Assembly: GCF_036365525.1 (NCBI RefSeq)
Contig: NC_090387.1
Coordinates: 92,545,691-92,609,690 of the forward strand
Reading direction: 5' to 3'
Origin: Heterodontus francisci
Lineage: Eukaryota
Length of the DNA stretch: 64,000 nucleotides
The notes under the pieces are model-generated. The model worked only from the letters and a program-made list of their open reading frames with translations, did not search any database and was not told where the DNA came from. A program made the position numbers and the translations under genes. This document shows positions 1-12,621 of the stretch, piece after piece. How positions within the stretch are numbered: position 1 is the stretch's first letter; every line of letters starts with the position of its first letter.

Positions 1-269
1 ACATACATGCAGATCTTTAATTTAGTTTTGCCAGATCTGGAATAAACAATTTGATTGTTGAGTCTCACAGATTAAACTCAAAAGTACCCTTGGGCACGTT
101 GTAGAAATCACTTCATTTTCCATTTAAATACTTTTACTGCTATTTCTGTTAATTCGGGTCACTACTTAGCAGTTGTTGCTACTTTTTAATCACTACATAT
201 CCCTTCCTTTTATTGTTGGATCATTCTCGATGTCAATGCTCGTGCTTCAGTGTAAATACTTGATTAAAC

Positions 270-620
270 TACTTTTTAAAACATTCGTTCATGGGATGTG
301 GGCGTCGCTGGCAAGGCCAGCATTTGCTTCCCATCTCTAATTGCCCTTGAGAATATGGTGGTGAGCTGCCTTCTTGAACCGCTGCTGTCCATCTGTGCGG
401 GTACACCCAGTGTGCTGTGAGGGAGTTCCAGGATTCTGATCCAGTGACAGTGAAGGAACGGCGATATATTTTCAGATCAGATGGTGTTTGACTTGGAGGG
501 GAACTTGCAGATGGTGGTGTTCCCATGCGTCTGCTGTCCTTGTTCTTCTAGATGGAAGAACTCGCCAGTTTGGATGGTGCTGTTGAACTCAGTGTGAATA
601 GTTGCTGTACTGCATCTTGT
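270..620 (-). mobile_element. 3' end of an L2/CR1-group LINE (tail shared with DeuSINEs)
   Basis: The minus strand encodes a RSFTVTGSESWNSL-type ORF2 C-terminus and ends in GGGCAATTAG..GCTGGCCTTGCCAGCGACGCCCACATCCCATGAA, the tail also seen at 11620-11680. Confidence 0.7.
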
Positions 621-908
621 ATGTTGTGATTCATTTTCCCTATTCTATTCAATTTATTTTTAATTCGAGAATATTTAACTTTGACAACATTTCAAGACAT
701 AAATTTATCACACATCGTGACTGATATATTCACATATTTTGTGAAGTTGAGTGCTTCAACAGTTTACACTTGAAGCTATATAATTTACAAGCTTAACTTT
801 TCTTAATATCACGTCGTTTTGCTGAACTGGTATCATAATGTGGTCTCATTTATGCTCACTACCCTATTACGACAAGGTTAATCTAATTACTAGTTCAGGT
901 TATGATAT

Positions 909-1847
909 TGTTATGACTGAGGTGGGAGGAGTGCACGGCTTATTCTAGTCTCACTTCTCCACAGGTCACAACATATATTTAAATTTTCCCACTTACTGAT
1001 ACAGTTAATCATATACTCTATTTTCCCCAGAATAAACACACCAACCAGGTTTCTTTAATTATCAGTTTATTACAAAACAAGTTTTAACCAGTAATGAAGT
1101 AAAGCATAAACACACAGATTGAAATATTAAAGTTCCCTTTTTACCTTAGCCCCTCACACTCACACACACACACACACATACCAGTTAACCAGAAAAATAA
1201 AAGGGAATTTTGCTTTAGAGCTCTGTTACAAAAAAAAAGACCAAAAAAAAACTTAGGCTGAATACTTTCTCATCCTTGAAAAAAAAAGATATAAAACAAT
1301 GTCCTATGCTTTGGTTAGACTCAAATGAATACAGATGCTGGGACCTTCCTAGACAGTTCTCTCCGGGTAATGTTGAGGATCAGTTTGGGTAGGCTTTCCA
1401 AGAAATGCAGCAACAGGGGTTTCCGTTCCCACACATTCGATAAGCAGGGTTTCTTCAAATGCAAGAGGAAAGAGGAGACTGACACACTGGACACGCAGGG
1501 TTTCTTTCCAAGAGAGAGAAAGAGATGAGCTGGATCTTTTTTAATAATTCAAAGTGAAACCAAAAACATCCAGAAGTTAAGTTTCCTGACCTCTATAAAT
1601 CTTGACTTGTCACTTCTTTGTAAACATTTTCTCCAAGTCAAAACATCAAGCTCCCTGCTGGTATTTTATCTGAAAACAGGGGCCTTCCAGTAAGGGCTTG
1701 TTTACAAGCCAAGTCCAGGAACCTTCTGGTGATCTCTTTTCAAAAAAGACTAAGTTCAGCATCTCTTCAAGTTTCCAGATGAATCAATGTCCATATTTAA
1801 CGATAAGTCCTTAAAACATATTTTACAGAAGAAGCACTCTCATAACA
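909..1847 (-). mobile_element. Solo LTR (Gypsy-like)
   Basis: Inverted termini TGTTATGA..TCATAACA with a 4-bp TSD ATAT (905-908 and 1848-1851); internal (CA)n. Orientation is tentative. Confidence 0.75.
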
Positions 1848-2485
1848 ATATTCATCTAACTACACATGAGTGCAAATTTACCCACAAAAGTACCAACAAC
1901 ACGAATTACTCTGCTGAAGCCCATTTGGCTTGTATGGACTGATACGGTGAAAAAACTGCTTCCGATGTTGAGAAAATCTAATTTATGCCTTCTACATCAT
2001 CTCTGGAGCCATGCCCGTACGTTATATATCTTAGTATTGTCACACGGGTTAGTGCAAGACACAAGGAGTATTGAGTAAATGACAGTATTTGGTTTTATTC
2101 TGACTAACTGCTATTCTTCCTTCTCCAAAGCAATTCGTTCCAGCTCCATAATAACTTGCGCCCTGACCCGGGAGAGACAAGGCAACATTTGGCCCCGATT
2201 ATGCAAATACTGACTCTAAGGTGTTAAATAGTTGCCTGTTAATTACATTTTCTCCGGTATTGTCTACAATGCCTGGCTTCTCTCTCTTACTGACTGGAAT
2301 GTCATCATCAAACACGCAGAAAATATATAGTACGCCCCACTGCACAGGAATCGGGCATGAACAGGTTTCAGCGGTCGCCCATTATAAACTGAGCAGTGTT
2401 CCGTGAAAACACAGATATAGTGAAATGGAACGTCGTGGTTTATCATTTCAAACAGAATTTGAACCAATTGTACCTCATACATGAA

Positions 2486-2586
2486 ATAAAAACAAGAAAT
2501 GCTGGAATCACTCAGCAGGTCTGGCAGCATCTGTGGAAAGAGAAGCAGAGTTAACGTTTCGGGTCAGTGACCCTTCTTCAGAACTC
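2486..2586 (-). mobile_element. Hammerhead-ribozyme-bearing short element (Penelope-like pLTR type), copy 1
   Basis: 14-bp TSD ACCTCATACATGAA (2472-2485 and 2587-2600). Minus strand begins GAGTT-CTGAAGA-A-GGGTC-ACT-GACCC-GAAAC-GTT-AACTC. Confidence 0.85.
2548..2586 (-). ncRNA. Minimal type I hammerhead ribozyme motif
   Basis: CUGANGA and GAAA core boxes; stem I GAGUU/AACUC; stem II GGGUC/GACCC; palindromic AACGUU in place of stem III. Activity untested. Confidence 0.7.
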
Positions 2587-2974
2587 ACCTCATACATGAA
2601 TGCCGTTTGGAATTCAACTCTCGACTAGCTCCAATGAAGTTTACTGTTTTGGCGCTGCTCAGTACGAATCTCCAGCGACTACACTGAAATAAAGGTTATA
2701 AACTAAACTGAAAGTTGCGTCTTTTCATTTGGACAATGGTCCAACATGCCTCAGTTAAAATAATGCAGTTAAGCACAGCAGATAGTATAACCTGCTGAAG
2801 CAATTAAGAAATCTATTCGAGGCAATCCAGAGTGTAAACACGTGTCTCACAGCTCCCAATGTTGAAAGACAAACTAAAATGTGGTGCAATAAATGAGTGA
2901 AAAAGCGACACTTTCCCCCGATCATTCCAACTGGAGTTAACCCGCATGACACTTACTGATCTGGGAGCGCCCGC

Positions 2975-3043
2975 AGAGAGAAAAACAGATTAAACGTTTC
3001 AGGTCGCTGCCGTATTTCCAGCATTTTCTGTTTCTTATTGCAG
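2975..3043. mobile_element. Degraded, rearranged copy of the hammerhead element
   Basis: gagagaaaaacagattaaacgtttcaggtc joined to the opposite-orientation tail tatttccagcattttctgtttcttatt; CTGATGA box lost. Confidence 0.55.
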
Positions 3044-3278
3044 TTTAAAGAATCCGCAGTCATTTGCTTGTGTTTCCTTACACTTGTCCTGTCACTCTGT
3101 TTGCCACTTTCTGTCCGATTGACCTGGTTTACTTTTCTTTTTTGCTGTCAGTCAATAACCAGACCCGGGATATATATATGTATGTTTTTTACATTTATAT
3201 TTCGAAAACAATTACTTTGAACAACTGTGCGAAATAGCAATTATATTTAACACATATGCTGGGCACAGGATTGATCAG

Positions 3279-3437
3279 TGTGGTCTTTCTTTTTATTTCA
3301 TCTATATTCTGTTGCTCGTGATTCTTCAAACCATACAAGATTCACTGTTATAACCACAGATTACACCTCATCTCTTCTTTCATTGCACGGCTGTTGTAAA
3401 ATTGTGGCATAACACGTCATCGTTTCATGGCTATAAA
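3279..3437 (+). promoter_or_regulatory. Candidate proximal promoter of the Ig receptor gene
   Basis: RUNX-type sites TGTGGTC (3279-3285) and AACCACA (3352-3358) and a TATAAA (3432-3437) just upstream of the leader exon. Motif matches only. Confidence 0.3.
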
Positions 3438-3489
3438 GTCACCAGAGCTACTTGCTTATTGGCAGCAAGTTGTTATTACTTTGTTCAAT

Positions 3490-3544
3490 ATGACTGTGCG
3501 CGCTGTGTTTCGGTGCATGGTGATCTGGGGGATGAGCCCGACAG
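3490..3544 (+). CDS. Exon 1 (leader peptide) of a V-C1-TM-ITIM/ITSM Ig-superfamily receptor
   Basis: ATG at 3490 (A at -3) reads MTVRAVFRCMVIWGMSPT, then a phase-1 donor ACAG|GTATTT at 3545 that matches the phase-1 acceptor of the V exon. An in-frame upstream ATG at 3427 could extend it by 21 aa. Confidence 0.7.
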
Positions 3545-3683
3545 GTATTTTCCGCAATTGCATTTTTTTTTATCCTACTTTGTCTCTATTCCTCCGAAAC
3601 TAGATCTCTCTGACTGTCAGCCATTGCAAGTCTGATCTGATATGTTGGATGTATGATTGCATGTGTTTTTCTCTCCCTGAAAG

Positions 3684-4001
3684 TTTTTGGCAATGCCAAG
3701 TTCCAGGTTTCACAAAGCCCCCAACACAAGATTGTGACGATCGGTGAAAACATTACCTTCACTTGTGCGTTCACTCCTCTGTCAGATAATTCCGAAGTGA
3801 ATGTTTTCTGGTGGAAACTCGGCCAAAGTATATTCCTGCAACCTACCGCAGACAGGAGGAGACAATATTTTATCCGGAAAGGACAGGGCACACTCCAGCT
3901 CCTTGATATTCGTTTGCAGGACGCTGGGGTTTATTACTGCGGAGTCAAACAACAAAGAAACACGGTCACAAACGGAACTGGATCAAGTGTTGTTGTTCAC
4001 G
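3684..4001 (+). CDS. Exon 2: Ig V-set domain with germline-joined J-like G strand
   Basis: Acceptor ctctccctgaaag| and donor CACG|GTAAGC, phase 1-1. Motifs: VSQSP, TFTC (B-strand Cys), VFWWK (Trp), DAGVYYC (F-strand Cys), NGTGSSVVV (GxG J-like motif). Lies within ORF 3653-4033. Confidence 0.95.
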
Positions 4002-5780
4002 GTAAGCGGCCTTGTAGAGGATGGAGTTGTTAAAATTATGTCCAAGATAATTTAAATAACTGAAAATATTAGAAGATGCGGAGAGTGATTTGTGCCGTAT
4101 TTAACTATTTTAAAGCTTTTTGTCACCTGCCTATTAATCTTCAGTATTCACTATAAAAAGCTAAAGGGAGTGTTTTCAGCGCACAAAATGTCATCACAAA
4201 TAGGGAGCGCAATGTATTAATTTCAAAACTATTAATATTACTGAAACTACGTTATAGAGAATGTTAAATGGTTTGCAAATAATGTAATAACGTTCGACTT
4301 GACTTGTATGAATCCGATCTGATCGGCTCTACACATGTTTCCACCGGTATGATTCAGAAAATTGTCATATTTATAATAAAGATTGAACGTTTGATATTTC
4401 GAAAATTGTGGATAAAGCCAAAATGCAATTCTTGAACTGATGCAAGCATTAATGTTTAACACTTACAAGCGTTCATACATCAGAAGGCAATGTCCCAAAA
4501 GCCTGATACAATTTAACGATTCTCAGTCAGCAGTGAATCCCGGGAATGAACCATCGGAACCCCTAATCTCTCAACAAATAGTACTGAGAAATAGGTGTAT
4601 TGGAACTGATACGAACTAAGCATTTCTGCATAAATGCTGCATAAAGACTTTATTATAGTAAAAAAAATGTATTGAATTGCATTTATATAGCTCCTTGCAG
4701 ATACGCAGAGCTTCAGATAACATCGTTACACGCATACATCGGTTAAATCAAAGCAGATTCAAACAATTCGAATCGAACGTTGTTAAAGCTAGATGACAAT
4801 TATTCAGCGTTCTCTATAACTTGGCAAGAGTTTCTCCATAAAGAAATCCGAGCGAAGTGTATTCACTGTTGCTTTTACTTTCCTCACCAGAAGTATCTTC
4901 AAGATCCCTATTGATAATTATATTCCAAAATATTTCAATGACTATTACAGATTTAGGATTAAAACGTTAACGTAAATATTAATTACGGATAAAAGTATCC
5001 ACGTTTCTTCAATGTTGACCTTATAATGAACAAAGAGTTCATGGCATAAGCTTAAAATGGACTTAGTTGTTGACACATAGCACTGTTTGTAACGGAAAGT
5101 TAGTTGGGAGGAGATCATTTGCACAAAAGTGTTTCGTGAGTGAGCATTTAGTTCCTCCGATTTTACAGTGAATATATTCCTGTGCTAAACACATATGCAG
5201 CTCATGCTGTTGTTGTAGCGGAGCTCGTAGCACTTTTCTCTGAGTAATTGTGGGGAGAATTTATGGACTGTTCTTCATAAATTCACGTGTCCAAATATCT
5301 AATGGACTCTGTTGAAACGATATAAAAGGCCGTTTATCTGCTGTTTACGCTGACCTTCCCCGGAAAGTTCGAAGGTGATCAAGGAAACGCCCATGAAAAT
5401 TCCAGATATATTCCAGATTTAACCAATTGACCAGGCCTGCAAGTTTCCTTCGGTATTGGTAGATTACTGCCCTGTTGTACCTCTGTATTTCAGGTCAGAA
5501 TGCAACCAAGTCCTGTTTGTTTTTATTTGTCGAATTAAAATACCCCCAGCATTGTTGGGGAAAAAGCGAGCAGTTCTCACAGTATTTTGACCAACATTCC
5601 ACTGCCAATCTTTATTAATATATACAGATAAATTTGGAATTTGTTGAGATTTCCTATTTGAATCATGGTTGTTGCATTTACCCAAATCACAAAACTGATT
5701 TATCTGAAGATAATTCATTGTATAGAGATGTTATGATGTCTGTAATAGTTGTGAGGAAACGCTCTATAAATGCAGCTGTT

Positions 5781-8180
5781 TCATAGAATCATACAAAGTT
5801 TATGGCACAGAAAGCGGCCACTTGGCCCATCGTGTCTGCGATGGCCAAAAAACGAGTCACCCAGTCTAATCCCACCTTTCAGCATTTGATACGTAGTCCT
5901 GCAGATTATGGCACTTGAGGTGCATATCCAGACTCCTTGTAAATGAGTTCAGGGTCTCTGCCTCTACTATTCTTTCAGGCAGTGAGTTCCAGACCTCGCC
6001 ACCCTCTGGGTGATTTTTTTTCCTAATCTCCCCTCTGATTTTTCTACCAATGGTGTAAATCTGTATCCCCTAGTCACTGACCTCTCTGCTAAGGTAATAG
6101 GCCCCTAACATCCACTCTATCCAGGCCCCTCACAATTTTGTACATTTCAATCAGATCTCTCCTCAGCCTTCTCTGTTCCAAGGAGAACAACCCCAGCCTA
6201 TCCAATCTTTCCTCATAGCTGCATTTTTCCAGTCCTGGCAACATCCTCGTAAATCTCCTCTGTACCCTCTCTAGTGCAATTACATCCTTTCTGTAATGAG
6301 GTGACCAGAACTGCACACAGTACTCAAGTTGTGGCCTAACCAATGATTTATACAGTTCCAGCATAACTTCCCTGCTCTTATATCCTATACCTCGGCTAAT
6401 AAAGGAAAGGATTCCATATGCCTTGCTAACCACCTTATCGACCTGTCCTGCTACCTCGGGATCTATGGACATTCACTCCAAGGTTACTCACTTCCTCAAC
6501 ACCGCTCAGTATTCTTCCATTAATCGTATTTTCCTTTGCCTTGTTTGACCTCCCCAAACGCATCACCTCACACTTCTCCAGGTTGAATTCCATTTGCCAC
6601 TTTTTTGCCCATCTGATCAGTCCATCAATATCTTCCTGCAGTCTACAGCTATCCTCCTCGCTATCTACCACACGGCTAATCTTTGTGTTATCTGCAAACT
6701 TCTTGATCATGCCCCCTACATTTATGTCCAAATTGTTAATATATACCACTAAAAACAGGGAACCCAGTACTAAGCCCTGCAAAACACCATTGGAAACAGC
6801 CTTCCAGTTGCTAAAACACCTGCCAACAAGTATCTTTTGTTTCCTGCCCCTGAGCCAATTTTGTATCCACCTTGTTGCATTTCCTTGGATTCCATGGGCT
6901 TTTATTTTTCTAACCAGTCTGCCATGTGGGACCTTGTCAAAAGACTTGCTAAAATCCATGTAGACTAGAGGCCTGCTTTAGGTCGGGAAAAAGAACTCGA
7001 CCCGAACCCAACTGAACCGCAGCTAACCCGAGCCCGACCCAGCCCGTGTCCCTCTGATTTTGCCCTGAGCCCGACCAGACTCGAACCCGCCACTACTTGG
7101 CCCGACCCGACCATCCATTTACTTCCCTTCCTGACACCAAACCTGCAAGAAGCTGCAGCTCAAGCGTGATGACGTCATAGTGACGTCACTCGCTCATTGT
7201 GCAGACTCAGTTTCGTCCCATACTCCCAGCTCAGATAAGTTTTTCTTATTTTTAATACTTACCAGCAGAGGATGGACCGTGTTTGTCTGGCCTGACCTGA
7301 CCCAGCTGGATATGGACTCGACCCGACCCAACCCGCAGCCCGAAAGCCGGCCCTGGAAGATGGGCCCGACCTGAACCCGACACATGTCATCGGGTCGCAT
7401 CGGGTTTGGGTCGGGTAGCAGGCCTCTAATGTAGACTACATCACGTGCATTACTCTCATCTATCTTCCTTGTCACTTCTTCAAATAATTCAATCAAGTCA
7501 GTCAGACAAGATCTTCCCTTAACAAATCCATGCTGATTATCTTTGATTAACCTGTGCCTTTCTAAGTGACAGTTTTTCCTGTCTCTCAGAATTGATTCCA
7601 ATAATTTACCCACTACCAAAGTTAGACTGACAAGCCTGTAATTATTCAGTCTATCCCTTGCTCCCTTTTTTAAACAGAGGTACAATGATAGCAGTTCTCC
7701 AATCCTCTGGCACCACAGTGAGGACTGCAAAATGATGAACAGACCTTCTGCTATTTCCTCTCTGGCTTCTTTTAACAGCCTTGGGTACATTTCATCTGGC
7801 CCTGGTGATTTATCCACTTTCAAGGATGTTAATCCCATTAATACTTCATCTCTCCCCATGTTTATTACATACAATACTTTACACTTCTCCTTCTTAACTA
7901 CAATATCTGCATCGTCTCCCTCTTTTGTGAAGACAAAGTATTCATTAAGAACAATACAAACATCTTCCACCCCTACACATAGGTTACCTTTTGGTCATTT
8001 ATGGGCTCTATTCTCTCCTTAATTATCCTCTTACTCTTAATGTATTGATAAAACATCTTTGGGTTCATCTTGATTTTGCTTGCCAATATTTTCATGCCCT
8101 CTCTTAGCTTTCCTAATTTCCTTTTTGATTTCACTTTCTACTTTTGAGCCTCCTCTTGGCTTTCTGTAGTATTATGTTCA
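5781..8180 (-). mobile_element. CR1/HER1-type LINE, 5'-truncated, interrupted by a hAT MITE
   Basis: RT fragments MDFSKSFDKVPH, KFADNTKI, LEYCVQFWSPHY and VDKSPGPD in ORFs 6089-6959 and 7194-7970; (TTCTATGA)-type tail near 5781. Confidence 0.92.
6966..7428. mobile_element. Non-autonomous hAT DNA transposon (MITE)
   Basis: 12-bp TIRs TAGAGGCCTGCT/AGCAGGCCTCTA; perfect 8-bp TSD ATGTAGAC (6958-6965 and 7429-7436); dense subterminal CCCGA/TCGGG repeats. Confidence 0.92.
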
Positions 8181-8340
8181 TAATTCTGAGGCATTTATGA
8201 AAGTACAAGATTACTGTCATGTAATCAAAAAAAAATGTAAAGTTAATAAAGACTGAATTAACTTTTGGAAGTAAGATGTAATAATGCTCTAAATTTAAAA
8301 TACTGAACCTATATATGATTTTCCCTGAACACCTGTATAG

Positions 8341-8652
8341 TTCCGCCGTCTACCCCAAGGATTCTTACCAAAACGCCTGATGGAAATTCAAACATTTATC
8401 TTCATCTTGTATGTGAAACGACTGAGTTTTACCCGGAGACTATTACCTTCAGCTGGTACAAAAATACAAGTAACGTTGTAACCGGAATAAAAACCACAAA
8501 GCAATTGGACAATATGGGACTGTATCAAGCTTCCAGTATTCTTCAAGAGTCACAGCCAATTCAAATAGACACTTTTTATATTTGTTTGGTATCTCATAGC
8601 ACCCTCCCGACTCCAAAATTAGCTGTTTATTTGGTGTCTACTTCTAACCCAG
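8341..8652 (+). CDS. Exon 3: Ig C1-set domain
   Basis: Acceptor cctgtatag| and donor CCAG|GTAAGA; 312 nt open, phase 1-1. Reads VPPSTPRI..LVCETTEFYPETITFSWYKN..GLYQASSIL..YICLVSHSTL, with the C1 hallmarks FYP, W and YxCxVxH. Confidence 0.93.
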
Positions 8653-9154
8653 GTAAGAAGACAACGAATAGATCTTTATCCTCAATGTTATTGGGCTGCA
8701 AGTTGAGAAATAAGGCTGAGGCAAAGACTGCCCCTTGTTATTTATGTGGAAATCGGACACTCACGCATGTAAACTCGGAAGGCTGGAACTTTGGTGTCCG
8801 TGGTTCCCTGCTACCACAACCGCCATGGGATAACGGTATCTCACCGTTTGCCTCCTGGTGTGAAGTTACTGTACTTGCCTGGTGTGATACATGTTATAGA
8901 GTTAGGAGTATCTGTAGGTCAGTGTGGCTTGTTAAAGAGAGTAGCAGTGTAAATTTGATGGGAGTGGTATTCGGTGCAAAGGGAGAAGTAAGTGCTGAAT
9001 ATTCTAAACTATGGGGTAACAGAACACAGGCAAATAATCGCACTGGGGGCAATAGAATACATGATGCCTTGACCAACACACAAGAAAAAGCAGCAGGATC
9101 CGAGGACCTTAATATAATTAATTGATTAATTAATTGATATTTAAGAATCTAGAT

Positions 9155-9408
9155 TCTTCTTTCTTTTGGGCCTCCTTATCTCGAGAGACAATGGATACGC
9201 GCCTGGAGGTGGTCAGTGGTTTGTGAAGCAGCGCCTGGAGTGGCTATAAAGGCCAATTCTGGAGTGACAGGCTCTTCCACAGGTGCTGCAGAGAAATTTG
9301 TTTGTTGGGGCTGTTGCACAGTTGGCTCTCCCCTTGCGCCTCTGTCTTTTTTCCTGCCAACTACTAAGTCTCTTCGACTCGCCACAATTTAGCCCTGTCT
9401 TTATGGCT
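9155..9408 (-). mobile_element. RTE-clade LINE 3' fragment
   Basis: C-terminal zinc finger FLCSTCGRACHSRIGLYSHSRRC, GAA-rich tail and a 10-bp TSD GAATCTAGAT (9145-9154 and 9409-9418). Confidence 0.85.
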
Positions 9409-9429
9409 GAATCTAGATATGTTTTGTCA

Positions 9430-11455
9430 AAGAGGCATAACGGCACAGAAGGAGGCCATTTAGCCCCTTGATTCCATGCCGGCTGTCTGGAGAGCAATCA
9501 AATCATTCCCATTCCCCGGCTCTATCCCCGGAGCCCTGTAAGTTTATTTCCCTCAAATGCTCATTCAATTTCCTTTTGAAATCATTCACTGTCTCCGCTT
9601 CCACCACCCTCGAAGGCAGCGAGTTCCACGTCATTACCACTCGCTGTGTAAAAAAAAAGTTCTTCCTCACAAACCCCTGCATCCATTTCCCAAACCCTAG
9701 TCATAGAGTCATAGAGTTATACAGCACAGAAACAGGCCCTTCAGCCCTTTGGCCCATCATGTCTGTGCCGGCCATCAAGCACCTAACTATTCTAATCCCA
9801 TTTTCCAGCACTTGGCTCGTAGCCTTGTATGCTATGGTGTTTCGAGTGCTCATCTAAATACTTCTTAAATGTTGTGAGGGTTCCTGCCTCTACCACCCCT
9901 TCAGGTAATGTGTTCCAGATTCCAGCCACCCACTGGGTGAAAAAATCTTTCCTCAAATCCCCTCTAAACCTCCTGCCCCTTACCTTAAATCTATGCCACC
10001 TGTGCTAAGGGAAAACGTTTCTTCCTATCTACCCTACCTATGTCGCACATAATTTTGTATACCTCAATCATACCCCTCCTCAGCCTTCTCTGCTCTAAGG
10101 AAAACAACTCTAGCCTTTTCATTCTCTCTTCATAGCTGAAATATTCCAGCCCAGGCAACATCCTGGTGAATCTCCTCTACAACCACTCCAGTGAAATCAC
10201 ATTCTTCCTATAGTGTGGTGACCAGAATGGTACACAGTAGCATTGTGGCCTAACTAGCATTTTGTACAGCTCCATCATAACCTCCCTGCTCTTATATTCT
10301 ATGCCTTGGCTAATAAAGACAAGTATCCCATATGCCTTCCTAACCACCTTATCTACCTGTACTGCTGCCTTCAGTGATCTATGGACAAGTACACCAAGGT
10401 CCCTCTGACCCTCTGTACTTCCTAGGGTCCTACCGTCCATTGTATGTTCCTTTGCCTTGTTAATCCTCCCAAAATGCATCATCTCACACTTCTCAGGCTT
10501 AAATTCAATTTTCCACTGCTCTGCCCATCTTACCAGCCCATCTATATCATCCTGTAATCTAAGGCTTTCCTCCTCACTACTTACGGCACCACAATTTTTG
10601 TGTCCTCTGTGAACTTAATGATCATACCTCCTATATTCACGTCTAAATCTTTAATGTACACTACAAACAGCAAGGGTCCCAGCACCAATCCCTGCAGTAC
10701 ACCACTGGTCACAGGCCTCCACTCGCAAAAACAACCCTCGACCATTACCCTCTGCCTCCTGCCACTAAGCCAATTTTGGATCCAATTTGCCAAATTGCCC
10801 TGGATCCCATGGGCTCTTACCTTCTTAACCAATCTCCCATGCAGGACCTTATCAAAAGTCTTACTGAAGTCCATGTAGACTACATCAACTGCTTTACACA
10901 CTATCTACACACCAATCTCCTCCTCTAAAAATTCAATCAATAAGTTAGTTAGACACGATCTCCCCCTGACAAAGCCATGCTGGCTATCCCTGATTAATCC
11001 CTGCCTCTCCAAGTGGAGATTAATCCTGTCTCTCAGAATTTTTTCCAATAGTTTCCCTACCACTGATGTTAGACTCACTGGCCTGTAATGAACCTGGTTA
11101 ATCCCTACCCTTCTTAAATAATGGTACCACATTCACTGTCCTCCAGTCCTCTGGGACTTCTCCTGTGGCCAGAGAGGCTTTGCAAATTTGTGTCAGAGCC
11201 CTTGCAATCTCCGCCCTTGCCTCACATTGCAGCCTGGGATACATCTCATTTAGGCCTGGGGAATTATTCACTTTTAAGCCCACTAAAACCACTAATACCT
11301 CCTCCCTTTCAGTGCTAATTTGTTCAAGTATATCACAATCCCCCTCCCTGATCTCTACACCTACATCATCCTTCTCCATAGTGAACACCGATGAAAAGTA
11401 ATCATTTAAAACCTCACCTACATCCTCAGGCCCCAAACACAGATTGTCACTTTGT
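9430..11455 (-). mobile_element. Two CR1 LINE fragments in tandem (short 3' end about 9430-9690; longer copy about 9700-11455)
   Basis: ORF fragments 10177-11436 ([25 protein letters not shown]); two separate 3' ends. Confidence 0.88.
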
Positions 11456-11517
11456 CATAGAAAAAAAAACACCTTAGGTTCAGTAATGTTAGAGAATTTT
11501 TAGAGAAAAAATTCTGC

Positions 11518-11680
11518 AGGCCTTACCTGGTCTGGCTTACATATGAATCTTGACCCACAGCAATGTGATTGACTCTTAACTGCCCTCTGAAATGGCCCAG
11601 TAAGTGATTCAGTTGTCAAGGGCAATTAGGGATGGGCAACAGATGCTGGCCTTGCCAGCGACAGCCACATTACATGAAAA
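11518..11680 (+). mobile_element. DeuSINE (SacSINE1-like) 3' part
   Basis: CCTTACCTGGTCTGGC..CCCACAGCAATGTG..GACTCTTAACTGCCCTCTGAAATGG followed by the LINE-derived tail. A degraded minus-strand copy lies at about 14400-14670 and a 5' part at about 53370-53552. Confidence 0.65.
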
Positions 11681-11831
11681 CAAATGTGGTTATTAACGAT
11701 AGTGATTAATGTTAAGCTTGACTAATAAGGATTTAATATTCGTGAAAATAAGTATATGTCCTAGTGGTTAAATAATAGTGTTTAAAGATGCGAATAACTT
11801 AACAATAGATACGTCAGAGTTAATAATTAGT

Positions 11832-11933
11832 AACAAAAATAAGAAATGCTGGAAATACTCAGCAGGTCTGGCGGCATCTGTGGAGAGAGAAACAGAGTTA
11901 ACGTTTCAGGTCAGTGACCCTTCAGCAGAACTT
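11832..11933 (-). mobile_element. Hammerhead element copy 2 (intron 3)
   Basis: 13-bp TSD GTTAATAATTAGT (11819-11831 and 11934-11946). Core reads CTGCTGA (A6 mutated)..GGTCACTGACC-TGAAACGTTAACTC. Confidence 0.85.
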
Positions 11934-12621
11934 GTTAATAATTAGTCATATATTTTACATCAGCTGAATTCACCGACCCAACATATCTAAATCTTAATTG
12001 GCCAATTAGTTAAAAAATATCCTACAAATAGCCAACAACTTAATTAATTAATTAAGATAGGACAGTTCAGACAGTATGTTGGTGTTGTAGCATGTGTCCC
12101 AAACTGAGAACTTGCAAAATATGTCTCTGCCTCCAGAGAGTCCGGCACAGAGTCATTGAGCTGGATTCTGAACTAGAGACATTGGGGAAAATAAGGCAGG
12201 AACAGGAATTACTGGGTATTTCTTTCCAGAGTACAGTCACACACAAGAGAAAAACATAGCTGCAGGAAGCGGAGAGCGTGCCTGTCAGTCAGCCGCGTAA
12301 GGGGAACATAAATGAGGTGATAAACAAGGTCTAGAAAATGCTGCTCCTGTACAGCAGATATAAAGTATTCATTACCTGTGAGGAAAAAGTGTAAGACTAT
12401 GGGATGACAGCCAGAATCCTCACCAAGATCGTGAAGCAGGGGGCTGTCAAAGAGAAGGAGGGGAGTGTCCAATGTCTGTAGTTATTGAGAATCTTATAAC
12501 TACGTGGATAGATTATATTCTTTGCTGTCAGGATCGAGAATCCTGAAAGGGGAGCAGTCTACCCAAAACCAGGATAAGGGACACCTCAACTTTCATATAT
12601 ATCAACTAGTGTCTGATATAT

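Noticed and set aside
6541-6963. Recurring hydrophobic ORFs of the type ..CITSHFS.LNSICHFSA.. (also 13227, 21319, 38139, 51900 and others)
   Set aside because: These are antisense shadows of CR1 ORF2, not a gene family.
3684-8652. Rearranging Ig light chain or TCR locus
   Set aside because: No RSS and no separate J segments; V and J are fused, and the gene ends in an uncharged TM with ITIM/ITSM.
8653-9125. 206-aa ORF 8505-9125 as a standalone gene or secreted tail
   Set aside because: Only 8505-8652 belongs to the C1 exon. The rest follows a strong GTAAGA donor and has no recognisable domain; intron read-through is unsupported.
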